Assembly: GCA_041742355.1 (NCBI GenBank)
Contig: JBGSIV010000268.1
Coordinates: 1 to 20,585, forward strand
Origin: Candidatus Zixiibacteriota bacterium
GTDB taxonomy: Bacteria > Zixibacteria > MSB-5A5 > GN15 > FEB-12
DNA: 20,585 bases
Reading direction: 5' to 3'
The notes under the pieces are model-generated. The model made no database searches and was not told the origin of the DNA. It worked only from the letters and a program-made list of their open reading frames with translations. Shown in pieces: positions 7,495 to 16,586 of this stretch. A program made the translations under genes and the position numbers. Positions within the stretch are counted from its first letter, which is position 1. The number at the start of each line of letters is the position of its first letter.

Positions 7495-10317
7495 ATGCGC
7501 TCTCTCGCTCTCCCGGCTCTCCTTGCGGCGTTTCTGTTGTCGTCACCGGCTCCGGCCTTCGCCGGCTTCCACCCGTCGTACGACCGCAACCTGCCGCAGG
7601 ATACTACCCCGTGCTACGACCTGAGTGTTTATGACATGACGGTTCCTAATCCCGATGATTACCTTGGCGAACCGATCGGCCACTGGCCGGCCTGGTGGCG
7701 CGAAATCGACGCCTACCTTCGCGTGCTCGCCGATAAGTCCGATCGGGTGATGCTCGAACCGCACGGCGCCACGCACGAAGGACGCGAGCTCTTTCACCTG
7801 ATTATCTCCACCCCAGAGAATCTTTCCCGCCTGGAGGAGTACCGCGCCTCAATGGCAAAGGTGGCCGATCCCGAACAGATCACGACAGCCGAAATGGATC
7901 GGCTGACTGCCGATATGCCCGCGTTCTGCTGGCTGGCGTACAGCATTCACGGCGACGAGATTTCCGGCAGCGACGCCGCCACGCGGCTCGCCTGGCATCT
8001 GGCCGCGGCCAACGACTCGGCCACCCAACACCTGCTCCAAAATCTCATTATCCTCATCGAACCATCGGAGAACCCCGACGGCCGCGAGCGGTACCTCTCG
8101 ATGCTCCAGACCTACCGCGGCAACGTGCCGAACTACGACTCCCGCGCTATGCAGCACGGCGGTGTCTGGCCGTACGGCCGCGGCAACCACTACTGGTTCG
8201 ATGTCAACCGCGACTGGATCCTGCTGACTCAGCCGGAGACAATCGGTCGCGTGAAGTCAATTGTGAAATACAACCCGGTGCTCGTAGTCGACGGACACGA
8301 GATGGGGTCCAACGCCACGTTCCTCTTTTCACCGCCGCGTGAGCCCATCAACTACAACACGCCGTCTAACGTTCTCAAGTGGTACCAGATATTCGGCAGG
8401 GATCAGGCAACCGCGCTCGACCGGCGCGGCTGGCCCTACTACACCGGCGAGTGGAATGAGCAGTGGTATATCGGCTACGGCTCCGCCTGGCCGACCTTCC
8501 TCGGCGCCGTCGGCATTCTCTACGAGCAGGCTGGCGTCGACGGCTCTTTCGTCCGCCAGCGCGACGATTACCTGCTGACGTACCATGAAGCGATGAACCA
8601 CCAGTTCACCTCGTCGCTGGCCAACCTCGCGACCGCCGCCAACAACCGCCGCGAACTGCTGCGCGATTACTACCTCACTCGCAAGAGCATCGTGGAACAG
8701 GGACGATCCTCCGGGTTGACCTACCTCTTCGCGCCGGATGAAGACGAAATCAAGATGGCGCGGTTCATTAACTCGCTGACAAACCAGGGAATCAAGGTCG
8801 CGAGAGCCACCCAGCCCTTCACGGTATCATCGGCTGTCGACGGATGGCGGCAGACGCAAACCAACAAGAGCTTCCCGGCCGGCACGTACATCGTCAGTAC
8901 CGCCCAGCCGCAGGGAGCGCTCGCCAAGGCTGTCCTCGAATTCGATCTGCATCTGAAGAAGGAGTTCCTCGAGGAAGAGCGGCGTGAACTTGAGAAGCAC
9001 GGCGAGACGCGCATGTACGAAACCTCGGCGTGGTCGGTCCCGTTGCTGTACGATATCGACGCATACTTCAGCACGGGCCGCGTACAGGCGGCTGCGGAAC
9101 CGGTGGCCGAAGTGATTCCAGCGACCGGGCAGGTGTACAATCCTGACGCCCCCTACGGCTTCGTCATCGATATGGTCGGTGAGAAGACCTACCTTGCGAT
9201 GAATCGGCTGTTCGATGAGAAGCTCACGATCCGAGCTGCCGAGCATCCGTTCGTGCTGGAAAGCCGCAAGTTTCGTCGCGGCGCTCTGGTAGTGCGGCGG
9301 CGCGGGAATCCCGATGACTTGACCGCGATTATGCGGCAGGTTTCTCAGGAGGTCGGTATCGACATATACGGCGTTAGCGGCGGCTACTCGGAAGAGGGCT
9401 CGAAGCTGGGTGCCGAGACTTTCCGCCTCCTGCAAGAACCGCGTATCGCCCTGGTTGCCGGATCGGTCATGGATTTCACCTCGGCGGGCGCGCTCTGGTT
9501 CCTCATCGACAAGGAACTTGAAGTGCCCCACTCGCTCCTGTCGGCCGACCGTCTCGCCTGGGCCGATCTCTCCCCCTACAATGTTTTGGTGATCCCTGAT
9601 GCCTGGGGGAATGCGTTTGAAAACGTGATGGGCAAAGCGGGCCAGGGCTCGCTGTCCAAATGGGTGAGCGACGGCGGCACGCTCATCCTCATCGGTTCGG
9701 CCACAACCTGGGCGGCCGATACGGCAGTTGGCCTCTCCGGGGTGCGCATGATGCAGCAGGTCCTCGGCAAACTCGACGAGTTCGAGTCGGCAATGAAGCG
9801 GGAGATCTCCGCCGAGGCGCCTACGGTTGACACTATGGCCCTATGGCATCCGGAAAAGGTCTCAGCCGAGGAAGCCAAGAAAGAAGGCGAGAAAGCGGGC
9901 AAGGGTCCCGATGAGACAGCCGATGCCTGGCAGCGCCGATTCCATCCCGGGGGTGTTATCATGCGGGCTGAGCTCGATCTCGACGACTACCTGACTTTCG
10001 GTCTTAGCCAATCCCTGCCGGTTTTGGTCTGGGCGCGCGATGCCATGCTCGCAAAGTCCCCGGTGCAGACAGTCGCCCGCCTGTCGCCGGATCAGAACAA
10101 GTTGCGGCTCTCGGGCCTCCTGTGGCCGGAAGCCCGGGCGCGATGGGCCGGCACCGCCTACGCCACGCGCGAACGGAAAGGCCAGGGGCAGATCATTTCG
10201 TTCCTTTGCGAGCCGAGCTTCCGCGCCTACACTTATGGCAGCCGCCAGATGCTCGTGAACGCTCTCCTGTACGGCCCCGGTTTCACCGCCGGTTTCGAGC
10301 CGTATGAACAACACTGA
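7495..10317 (+). CDS. Secreted M14 family zinc carboxypeptidase with C-terminal class I GATase-like region, 940 aa
   Basis: AAGGAGG before ATG 7495; signal peptide MRSLALPALLAAFLLSSPAPAFA; Zn motifs IHGDE and DGHEM, plus NPDG and NRD; C-terminal YNVLVIPD...WVSDGGTLILIG. Confidence 0.9.
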   Translation: MRSLALPALLAAFLLSSPAPAFAGFHPSYDRNLPQDTTPCYDLSVYDMTVPNPDDYLGEPIGHWPAWWREIDAYLRVLADKSDRVMLEPHGATHEGRELFHLIISTPENLSRLEEYRASMAKVADPEQITTAEMDRLTADMPAFCWLAYSIHGDEISGSDAATRLAWHLAAANDSATQHLLQNLIILIEPSENPDGRERYLSMLQTYRGNVPNYDSRAMQHGGVWPYGRGNHYWFDVNRDWILLTQPETIGRVKSIVKYNPVLVVDGHEMGSNATFLFSPPREPINYNTPSNVLKWYQIFGRDQATALDRRGWPYYTGEWNEQWYIGYGSAWPTFLGAVGILYEQAGVDGSFVRQRDDYLLTYHEAMNHQFTSSLANLATAANNRRELLRDYYLTRKSIVEQGRSSGLTYLFAPDEDEIKMARFINSLTNQGIKVARATQPFTVSSAVDGWRQTQTNKSFPAGTYIVSTAQPQGALAKAVLEFDLHLKKEFLEEERRELEKHGETRMYETSAWSVPLLYDIDAYFSTGRVQAAAEPVAEVIPATGQVYNPDAPYGFVIDMVGEKTYLAMNRLFDEKLTIRAAEHPFVLESRKFRRGALVVRRRGNPDDLTAIMRQVSQEVGIDIYGVSGGYSEEGSKLGAETFRLLQEPRIALVAGSVMDFTSAGALWFLIDKELEVPHSLLSADRLAWADLSPYNVLVIPDAWGNAFENVMGKAGQGSLSKWVSDGGTLILIGSATTWAADTAVGLSGVRMMQQVLGKLDEFESAMKREISAEAPTVDTMALWHPEKVSAEEAKKEGEKAGKGPDETADAWQRRFHPGGVIMRAELDLDDYLTFGLSQSLPVLVWARDAMLAKSPVQTVARLSPDQNKLRLSGLLWPEARARWAGTAYATRERKGQGQIISFLCEPSFRAYTYGSRQMLVNALLYGPGFTAGFEPYEQH

Positions 10318-10349
10318 CGGCCCGAGTCAAACCGGTTGATTGACGTCGC

Positions 10350-10378
10350 AGCGGAGCGTCCATAGCTCCGCTTTTTTT
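10350..10378 (+). terminator. Rho-independent terminator after the M14 peptidase
   Basis: AGCGGAGC-GTCCATA-GCTCCGCT followed by TTTTTT. Confidence 0.85.
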
Positions 10379-10431
10379 GTGCAGGCCGGATTGCCCCCAG
10401 TGGTCGCCTCCGGGCGGTACCCCTTTCCGTC

Positions 10432-10459
10432 TTGCCAATCCCCCGAAATGCACTATATT
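10432..10459 (+). promoter_or_regulatory. Sigma70-type promoter for the epimerase
   Basis: TTGCCA-N16-TATATT between the upstream terminator and ATG 10516. Confidence 0.4.
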
Positions 10460-10515
10460 TGCGTTGCCCCGGTTGCGGGGCGTTTGTCTTCCGACACGTC
10501 GAACAGGTGGAGTAC

Positions 10516-11574
10516 ATGAAAGGTAAACGCGTTCTCATAACCGGCGGCGCCGGCTATCTCGGTTATCATCTGGCGCAGAACCTCTCCCGTCGCGGAGTGG
10601 CGTTCATGGCGCTCAACGATATTGCCCCGTTTTTCAAGAATGAGTACCCGGCTGATGCTCTCCTGGTCCACCAGGATGTCCGCGATGCCGACGGGATGTA
10701 CCGGCTCATTCACGACAACAAGATCGAAATCGTTGTACACTGCGCCGCCGCCCTCCCCCTGTGGAGCCGCCAGGAGATCTACTCGACCAACATCAGCGGC
10801 CTGCGCAACACCCTCGAGCAGGCGCGCAAGTGTAACATTGAACGGTTCATCTTTATCAGCTCCACGGCTGTCTACGGAGTCCCGGAGAAGCACCCGCTGG
10901 TCGAAGAAGATCCTATGATCGGTGTCGGCCCATACGGCGAGACGAAGATCGCCGGTGAACGGATCTGCGAGGAATTCCGCCGCGACGGGATGTGCATCAC
11001 GACCATCCGCCCGAAAACCTTTATCGGTACGGCCCGACTCGGTGTATTCCAAATCCTCTACGATTGGGTTGACTCGGGCAAGCGGATTCCGATTATCGGC
11101 AAAGGAGAGAACCTCTATCAGCTTCTGGAGGTCACCGATCTCGTCGAGGCGATCTGGCTGGCCGGGACGGTCGACCCGAAAGCAACCAACGACGTCTTCA
11201 ATGTCGGCGCGCAGCGTTTCGAGAAGGTAAAATCCGATGTCGGTGCGCTGTGTGATTTCGCTGGTTCCGGCGCCCGCGTTCAACCGACTCCGGCGAAACT
11301 GGTAAAAGGCACGCTCGCGGTGTTCGAGTTCCTCCACATCTCCCCCCTCTACAAGTGGATATACGGCACCGCCGACAAGGACTCGTATGTCTCGACGAAG
11401 AAGATCGAGACGAAACTCGGGTGGAAGTCTTGCTACTCCAATCAGGACGCGCTCATCTCATCGCACAAGTGGTACCTCGAACACAAAGAGGAGCTCCAGC
11501 ACGTGAAGTCGGGTGTGACGCACCGGGTCGGCTGGGACCAGGGCATTTTGAAGCTGGTCAAGAAGTTCATGTGA
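10516..11574 (+). CDS. NAD(P)-dependent epimerase/dehydratase (extended SDR), 352 aa
   Basis: TGGAGYLG Rossmann motif, HCAA, ISSTAVYG, catalytic YGETK; GGTGGAG RBS before ATG 10516. Confidence 0.92.
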   Translation: MKGKRVLITGGAGYLGYHLAQNLSRRGVAFMALNDIAPFFKNEYPADALLVHQDVRDADGMYRLIHDNKIEIVVHCAAALPLWSRQEIYSTNISGLRNTLEQARKCNIERFIFISSTAVYGVPEKHPLVEEDPMIGVGPYGETKIAGERICEEFRRDGMCITTIRPKTFIGTARLGVFQILYDWVDSGKRIPIIGKGENLYQLLEVTDLVEAIWLAGTVDPKATNDVFNVGAQRFEKVKSDVGALCDFAGSGARVQPTPAKLVKGTLAVFEFLHISPLYKWIYGTADKDSYVSTKKIETKLGWKSCYSNQDALISSHKWYLEHKEELQHVKSGVTHRVGWDQGILKLVKKFM

Positions 11575-11601
11575 TCGGCGCGCAGCCATTGCCGGAAAAT
11601 C

Positions 11602-11639
11602 AACGAGGCGCAGGGATTCGACCCGGCGCCTCGTTCTTT
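11602..11639. terminator. Terminator between convergent epimerase and DUF4340 genes
   Basis: AACGAGGCGC (11602-11611) / GCGCCTCGTT (11626-11635) with inner GGG-ATTCGA-CCC; CTTT tail on +, GATTT on -. Confidence 0.65.
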
Positions 11640-11658
11640 GTAACTAACCGCGTGCGGC

Positions 11659-12888
11659 TCATTCCTTCGAGGCCACGGTCAAATCACCCCGCGACTTGTG
11701 CAGCTTGGTGAAACTGTCGTGCGAAATCACGTAGTACCAATCGGCGAACCGCTCGTTGAGCTGTTTGCTGAGTGGTTCGGCGCCGGCCACACTTCTATCG
11801 TAATCGGTCGTGACGAACAGGTACTGGCTCTGTTCGCCGCCGGTGGATGTCCCGGCTGAATCGGTCACGCCCGCCGTAATCGCCAGCCCGGAACCGACGA
11901 CCACTTCTCCAAAGCGCAGGGTGTAAATCACGCCGCCGTGGGTGCGCACAATCAACTCACCTTCGTTCGACATCAATTGGCCTTCGCGGCTGAGGTAGAA
12001 CCCCTTGCTCTGGAGCGAGAGCAGATCGGCGTTGGTCAGCGGGACACCGCCGCTCTCCTGCTTGAGAGTTGCGGAGATCCCCGCCGGTTTCGGCCGGACG
12101 CCCACGATTCGCAGCGAATCAAGCGTGGCCAGCATATTCTGGATTGTAGTCGAATCGACCTTGGTCGATCCGCCGCCGATAGTCCACGCCCCAGCCGAAT
12201 TCTTCAGCACAATCTGTCCGCGGCGGTCGACACTGCGCGTCCGCTCGTTGATCGAGTAGTCGTTGATGTCGATCTGCGCGATATCGGTCCTAGTCAATTG
12301 CAGGAGGTCGGGATCGATCCAGTCCTGGAAGCGCGTGGAGATGTCGATCTTGACCCGGCTTGCGTAGACCCGTTTTTCGTCGGGATGCCGCACGTAGCGG
12401 AACCCGGATCGACCTTCGATCTCCTTGCCGAAGATGAGGTCGGCCAGCACCGCCCCCCCCTCGCCGCGAATCGTCACCCGTTTCCCCCGACCAGCCGCAG
12501 TCGTCGCGCTTCCCGGATCGACGACCCCCAGCGCCGGGTAATCGGCGATGTTGTCGGAGCGGTAGTCATCGCGTTTGATTTCGATTATTCCCGCCGCCGT
12601 CTGCGCGAGTTGCAGTTTGGCGTCGGCCGGATAGTTGTGGTGGGAGGGAATGACCCAGCGCCCGCTCTCGAACGCCACTTTGAAAACAGACGGTGCGCCG
12701 GTCGCCTCGTCGATCTCCATCACCTCGAGAACGGTGGCGACATTTGGATTGGTAAAGTCCGGGAAAAAGGCCGCACCCTGATCGGCGAATTCATCGGGCG
12801 TCGGCGCCGAGGGGGCGGTCAGGAACGCCAGCAGCGCCAGTACGACCGCGACGCAGGCGAATATGAGTGTCTTTCTGTTCTCTGTCAT
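11659..12888 (-). CDS. DUF4340 domain protein, 409 aa
   Basis: Single N-terminal TM anchor; WVIPSHHNYPAD, LADLIFGK...RYVR and DWIDPDLL resemble DUF4340 proteins; typical last-gene position after a GldG-like gene; GAGGAG RBS overlapping the upstream gene end. Confidence 0.8.
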   Translation of the reverse strand: MTENRKTLIFACVAVVLALLAFLTAPSAPTPDEFADQGAAFFPDFTNPNVATVLEVMEIDEATGAPSVFKVAFESGRWVIPSHHNYPADAKLQLAQTAAGIIEIKRDDYRSDNIADYPALGVVDPGSATTAAGRGKRVTIRGEGGAVLADLIFGKEIEGRSGFRYVRHPDEKRVYASRVKIDISTRFQDWIDPDLLQLTRTDIAQIDINDYSINERTRSVDRRGQIVLKNSAGAWTIGGGSTKVDSTTIQNMLATLDSLRIVGVRPKPAGISATLKQESGGVPLTNADLLSLQSKGFYLSREGQLMSNEGELIVRTHGGVIYTLRFGEVVVGSGLAITAGVTDSAGTSTGGEQSQYLFVTTDYDRSVAGAEPLSKQLNERFADWYYVISHDSFTKLHKSRGDLTVASKE

Positions 12889-12890
12889 GG

Positions 12891-15566
12891 CTAGCTCCTC
12901 AACCGGCGCGCGGCAGCCGCGCCCTCAGTTTCCCGGCGACGCCGCCGGACAAAGATGAACACACCGAATGCGAACACGGGGATCGGCGGCAGGAGCACCG
13001 CCATTGTGCGGATGCGCGTCTGGATGCTCCGCACAGCCTCGCCGACATCCTCCTTCGCGGCGGCGATCTGCGCCTGTTTCTGCGCCTCAATGTTCGCCTT
13101 GAGGGTTTCGAAGCGGCGGTTTTCGACCTCCTGGAGGTTCTGCGCCATGATCTGCTTGGTCTGCATGTCCAGGTCGGCGCGGTTGCGCACCTCGTTGACC
13201 TTCTCGTCGAGCCGCGTCTGCGCCTGGGTCAGCGCGTCCTGGGCCTGCTGCTCGGCTTCCTTCTCACGCGCGAACCGCTGCTTGACAAACTCCTGGGTCT
13301 GCTCTTCCACCGTTTCGAGCGTGCGGTGTTTTACCCGCTTGTTGCGCAGGGCGACAAACGACGTGTCCCCCACCAGCATGTCCATGCAGTTGAGGAAGAA
13401 CGGCACGTTGTCGAAATTCAGCTCGGCGATTCCCTGGCTGCGGATCTGGAAAAACTGATCGGTGATGAAGTCGATGTCGGCGATCACGATCGCATTGACC
13501 GTCACTTCACGGGTCGAGTCTCCCTCCGGCACGCGACCGGAGCCGAGCACACGCCCGGCCAAAATGTACGATTCGTTCGTCTGTGTACGCCGCGGATTCG
13601 GATTCAGGTTGAAACCCATACCGAAGAAGCCGCGTTGCACCAGCGCCTGGTAAGGCAGCGCCCCGGCGAGCCGCCCCGACCGCAACAACTCCTGGAATTC
13701 GAACGGCGACCCAACCGCCTTGAAGACCGCTCCGGCATACAGCATCACCAGTTCCTGCAAGCCGGCCGTAGCCGGGTACAGATCATTGAACGCGGTCGCC
13801 GATTCGTTATTGCGGCCGACGAACATGATCTCTGGCGGCATTTCCTGAAGATCCGGGTGCGGATTGTAGGTGTCCCAGACCACTTGCGACGGATTCCAGC
13901 CGACGCCAATATCGCTCATGAACTTCTGGATATCCCCCTTCGGCTCGGGCATCGGCTGGTTCTGCCCTGCGAATGGATTGCGCATGGCATCCGCCGGGAG
14001 GATCGGCGATTTGGCCACATCGAACGTCGGCAGCGGGTCATCAAGGATCAACGTCGGACCACCCGAGAGCACATACTCGCGCAGGTTGTCGAGCTTTGCC
14101 TGGGGCAGCGACGACGGCAGCACAACCAAGAGGCCGTCCAAATCGCGCGGCAGGGGAGACGAAGCATCGACCTCGACCACCTCGTACTGCTTCTTCAGTT
14201 CGGCGACAATCGGCCACGGGGGCGTCGACGCCATCGAGGAGAAGTCGAATCCGCCGAAGACATTGGCTTCGGTGTGCAGCACGCCGATCCGCCTGCGCTC
14301 GGTATTTGCCGCCACCCGGATTGAGCGCACCAGTTCATATTCGACCGGCAGTCCGCGATCCAGGAACGGCACCACTTCCTCGCGTGCTCCGCTTGTGAAC
14401 GCCACTCCCATGAAGATTTCCTGAGTGGAGGTTCGGGCGCTTTCGGTCGACATCACCGTGCGCGGGGCGATTCCGAACTTCTCCCGGGCGTCGCGGGCTT
14501 CCTGGGTGAACGGCTCGGTCTCATGGAAGAGAACTTCGACCTTCTCGCCGCCTACCGCATCGATTTCGCGGAGTTTTCCGATCAGGTTGGCCCGTGTCTC
14601 GACGAACGCCCGGGGGACATCCGGCGAAACATATGCCTGAATGAAGACCGGGCGGTCATCAGACAGCTGGTCGATCAGCCCTTCGGTCTCATCCGCCAGT
14701 GAGTGCAGTTGTTCGGCCGTGACATCGAGCCGCACCCGGTCGGAGCCGATGATCGCGTTGAGCGCCACAACAGCCACCACGAGAGAGACTGCTCGCAGCA
14801 GGTGGTGCGCGCCGAAGCGCAAACCGCCCGCTTCGGCCGGCCAGTGGCGGCGGCCGAGGAGAATCACATTCAGGTAGAGCAGAACGCCGACGACTGACAC
14901 GAAGTACAGGATCGAGGCAAAGCTGATCACTCCGCGGGCGAACTCATCAAGATGCGAGTAGATACTCAACGGCGCGAGGAACTCCTGCAGGGTATCGCTC
15001 ACCACAAGGGTGGAGGAATCGATAAACACGAAGATCGAACAGAACAGCGCGCCGAGAATGAAGGCCACCGTGCTGTTGGAAGTCAGCAGTGACGCCAGCA
15101 TCCCGACCGCCAGCATCGCCGCGCCGGCAAACCAGTAGCCGAGGTAGTTGGCGAACATCAGCCCGATATCTGGACTGCCCAGCCAGAAGAGCACAACCAC
15201 ATGCGACATCGAGATCAGCACCGCGACCGTGTAGATGCCCAGCACGGCGAAGTACTTGCCGAGCGTGATCTCGAGATCGGTCGCCGGCAGAGTCAGCAGC
15301 AGTTCATCGGTGCCCCGCTGACGTTCCTCGGCCCACAAGCCCATGGTCAGGGCCGGCACGAAGAACAGCAGCAGGAATGGGAAGAACCGGTTGAGCTGAT
15401 CGAGGTTGGCCAGGTTGTCGGCGAAAAACCGTTCCTGCCAGAACGCCGCCGCCGCCGAGAGGAAGATGAACAGCGTGATAAACACGTATCCGGTCGGGCT
15501 GGCGAAATAGGAGAGGAGGTTGCGCCGGGAGATCGCCCGGATCGCAATCCAATTCAGCTTAGGCAT
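12891..15566 (-). CDS. GldF-GldG fusion: ABC-2 permease plus ABC_transp_aux (Gldg family) domain, 891 aa
   Basis: N-terminal [38 protein letters not shown] (GldF-like); [44 protein letters not shown] (GldG-like); C-terminal TM followed by RRRRR. ATG 15566 overlaps the upstream gene end. Confidence 0.88.
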   Translation of the reverse strand: MPKLNWIAIRAISRRNLLSYFASPTGYVFITLFIFLSAAAAFWQERFFADNLANLDQLNRFFPFLLLFFVPALTMGLWAEERQRGTDELLLTLPATDLEITLGKYFAVLGIYTVAVLISMSHVVVLFWLGSPDIGLMFANYLGYWFAGAAMLAVGMLASLLTSNSTVAFILGALFCSIFVFIDSSTLVVSDTLQEFLAPLSIYSHLDEFARGVISFASILYFVSVVGVLLYLNVILLGRRHWPAEAGGLRFGAHHLLRAVSLVVAVVALNAIIGSDRVRLDVTAEQLHSLADETEGLIDQLSDDRPVFIQAYVSPDVPRAFVETRANLIGKLREIDAVGGEKVEVLFHETEPFTQEARDAREKFGIAPRTVMSTESARTSTQEIFMGVAFTSGAREEVVPFLDRGLPVEYELVRSIRVAANTERRRIGVLHTEANVFGGFDFSSMASTPPWPIVAELKKQYEVVEVDASSPLPRDLDGLLVVLPSSLPQAKLDNLREYVLSGGPTLILDDPLPTFDVAKSPILPADAMRNPFAGQNQPMPEPKGDIQKFMSDIGVGWNPSQVVWDTYNPHPDLQEMPPEIMFVGRNNESATAFNDLYPATAGLQELVMLYAGAVFKAVGSPFEFQELLRSGRLAGALPYQALVQRGFFGMGFNLNPNPRRTQTNESYILAGRVLGSGRVPEGDSTREVTVNAIVIADIDFITDQFFQIRSQGIAELNFDNVPFFLNCMDMLVGDTSFVALRNKRVKHRTLETVEEQTQEFVKQRFAREKEAEQQAQDALTQAQTRLDEKVNEVRNRADLDMQTKQIMAQNLQEVENRRFETLKANIEAQKQAQIAAAKEDVGEAVRSIQTRIRTMAVLLPPIPVFAFGVFIFVRRRRRETEGAAAARRLRS

Positions 15567-16353
15567 CGTCCCCCCCTCTCGCATCGTGGTTCACGACGGG
15601 CGTTGCGTCAACGGGATCGGGTTCTTCGGGCCGTGTCAAGCGGTGGAAGTTTGTCTCGAGCGAGCTGTCGGCGGCCAGTTCCGCCGGCGTGCCGTCGAAT
15701 TTCAGCCGCCCATTGTGCACCAGAAGCACTCGCTCGGCGACAGCTTCAACCTCCTGCAGGATGTGTGTGGACAGGAGAATTGTCGTGCCCTCGGCGAGAT
15801 GGCGGATATTGGTGCGGAAGTCGTGAATTTGATTGGGATCGAGCCCCGCAGTCGGCTCATCCATGATGAGCACCTCCGGTTCGTGGAGAAGCGCTTGGGC
15901 CAAGCCCACGCGCTGACGATAGCCGCGCGACAGTTTGCCAATAGGCTTCTCCAGTACCAGTTGCAGGGCGCACAGCTCGGTGACCGCCGCGATGCGGTTC
16001 TTCAGCCGTTCATCCGAAAGGCCCCGTGCTTCGCCCAGAAAGCGCAGCATTTCCAGCGGCGTCATGTTGTCGTACAGCGGGCCATTCTCCGGCAGGTAGC
16101 CGAGCCGTCGCGCAACCTCCAGACGATCCTTCGCCACATCGTAGCCGGCAATCAGCGCGCTCCCCTTGCTCGGTGCAAGGTATCCGGTCAGGATACGCAT
16201 GGTCGTTGACTTGCCGGCCCCGTTGGGACCGAGAAATGCCACAATCTGGCCCCGGGGAATGGAGAAGGTGATGTCTTCGATCGCTACAAACGTCCCGAAG
16301 TACCGGCAGAGACCGCGGGCTTCGATAACGGCAGGTTGAGCAGAGTTGATCAT
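15559..16353 (-). CDS. ABC transporter ATP-binding protein (GldA-like), 264 aa
   Basis: Walker [10 protein letters not shown], signature LSRGYRQR, Walker B LIMDEPT, H-loop STH; GAGGGAG RBS before ATG 16353. Confidence 0.93.
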   Translation of the reverse strand: MINSAQPAVIEARGLCRYFGTFVAIEDITFSIPRGQIVAFLGPNGAGKSTTMRILTGYLAPSKGSALIAGYDVAKDRLEVARRLGYLPENGPLYDNMTPLEMLRFLGEARGLSDERLKNRIAAVTELCALQLVLEKPIGKLSRGYRQRVGLAQALLHEPEVLIMDEPTAGLDPNQIHDFRTNIRHLAEGTTILLSTHILQEVEAVAERVLLVHNGRLKFDGTPAELAADSSLETNFHRLTRPEEPDPVDATPVVNHDARGGDDA

Positions 16354-16438
16354 TCTGTCTCCCTCATGTTTGCGATGTCGGTTGGCGGTCGCACAGCGTC
16401 CGCCGCGCTCCCCGATGTGATTCGTGGGAATGGCCCTA

Positions 16439-16467
16439 ATGATATGCCGGGCATGACGTTCTGTCAA
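16439..16467 (-). promoter_or_regulatory. Near-consensus sigma70 promoter for the ABC operon
   Basis: Minus strand TTGACA-N17-TATCAT, directly downstream of the M6 terminator. Confidence 0.75.
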
Positions 16468-16510
16468 GCCCTCGGCCTCTTGGAGGGCCACCAGATTTAT
16501 TATATTGCCG

Positions 16511-16540
16511 AAGAACGGCGGGGTTCCGAAGAACCCCGCC
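16511..16540 (-). terminator. Terminator after the M6 protease
   Basis: Minus strand GGCGGGGTTC-TTCG-GAACCCCGCC (perfect 10-bp stem, cUUCGg loop) then GTTCTT. Confidence 0.75.
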
Positions 16541-16586
16541 AAAAGATCGCAGAGCCTATGGCCTATTAAAGAAGTCTGCAGCCAAC

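Noticed and set aside
12867..14324. Long antisense ORFs (485 aa here; also 11938-12894, 6321-7340, 10453-11337, 3421-4086)
   Set aside because: Shadow frames opposite well-supported genes, expected from high-GC codon bias; no recognisable motifs.
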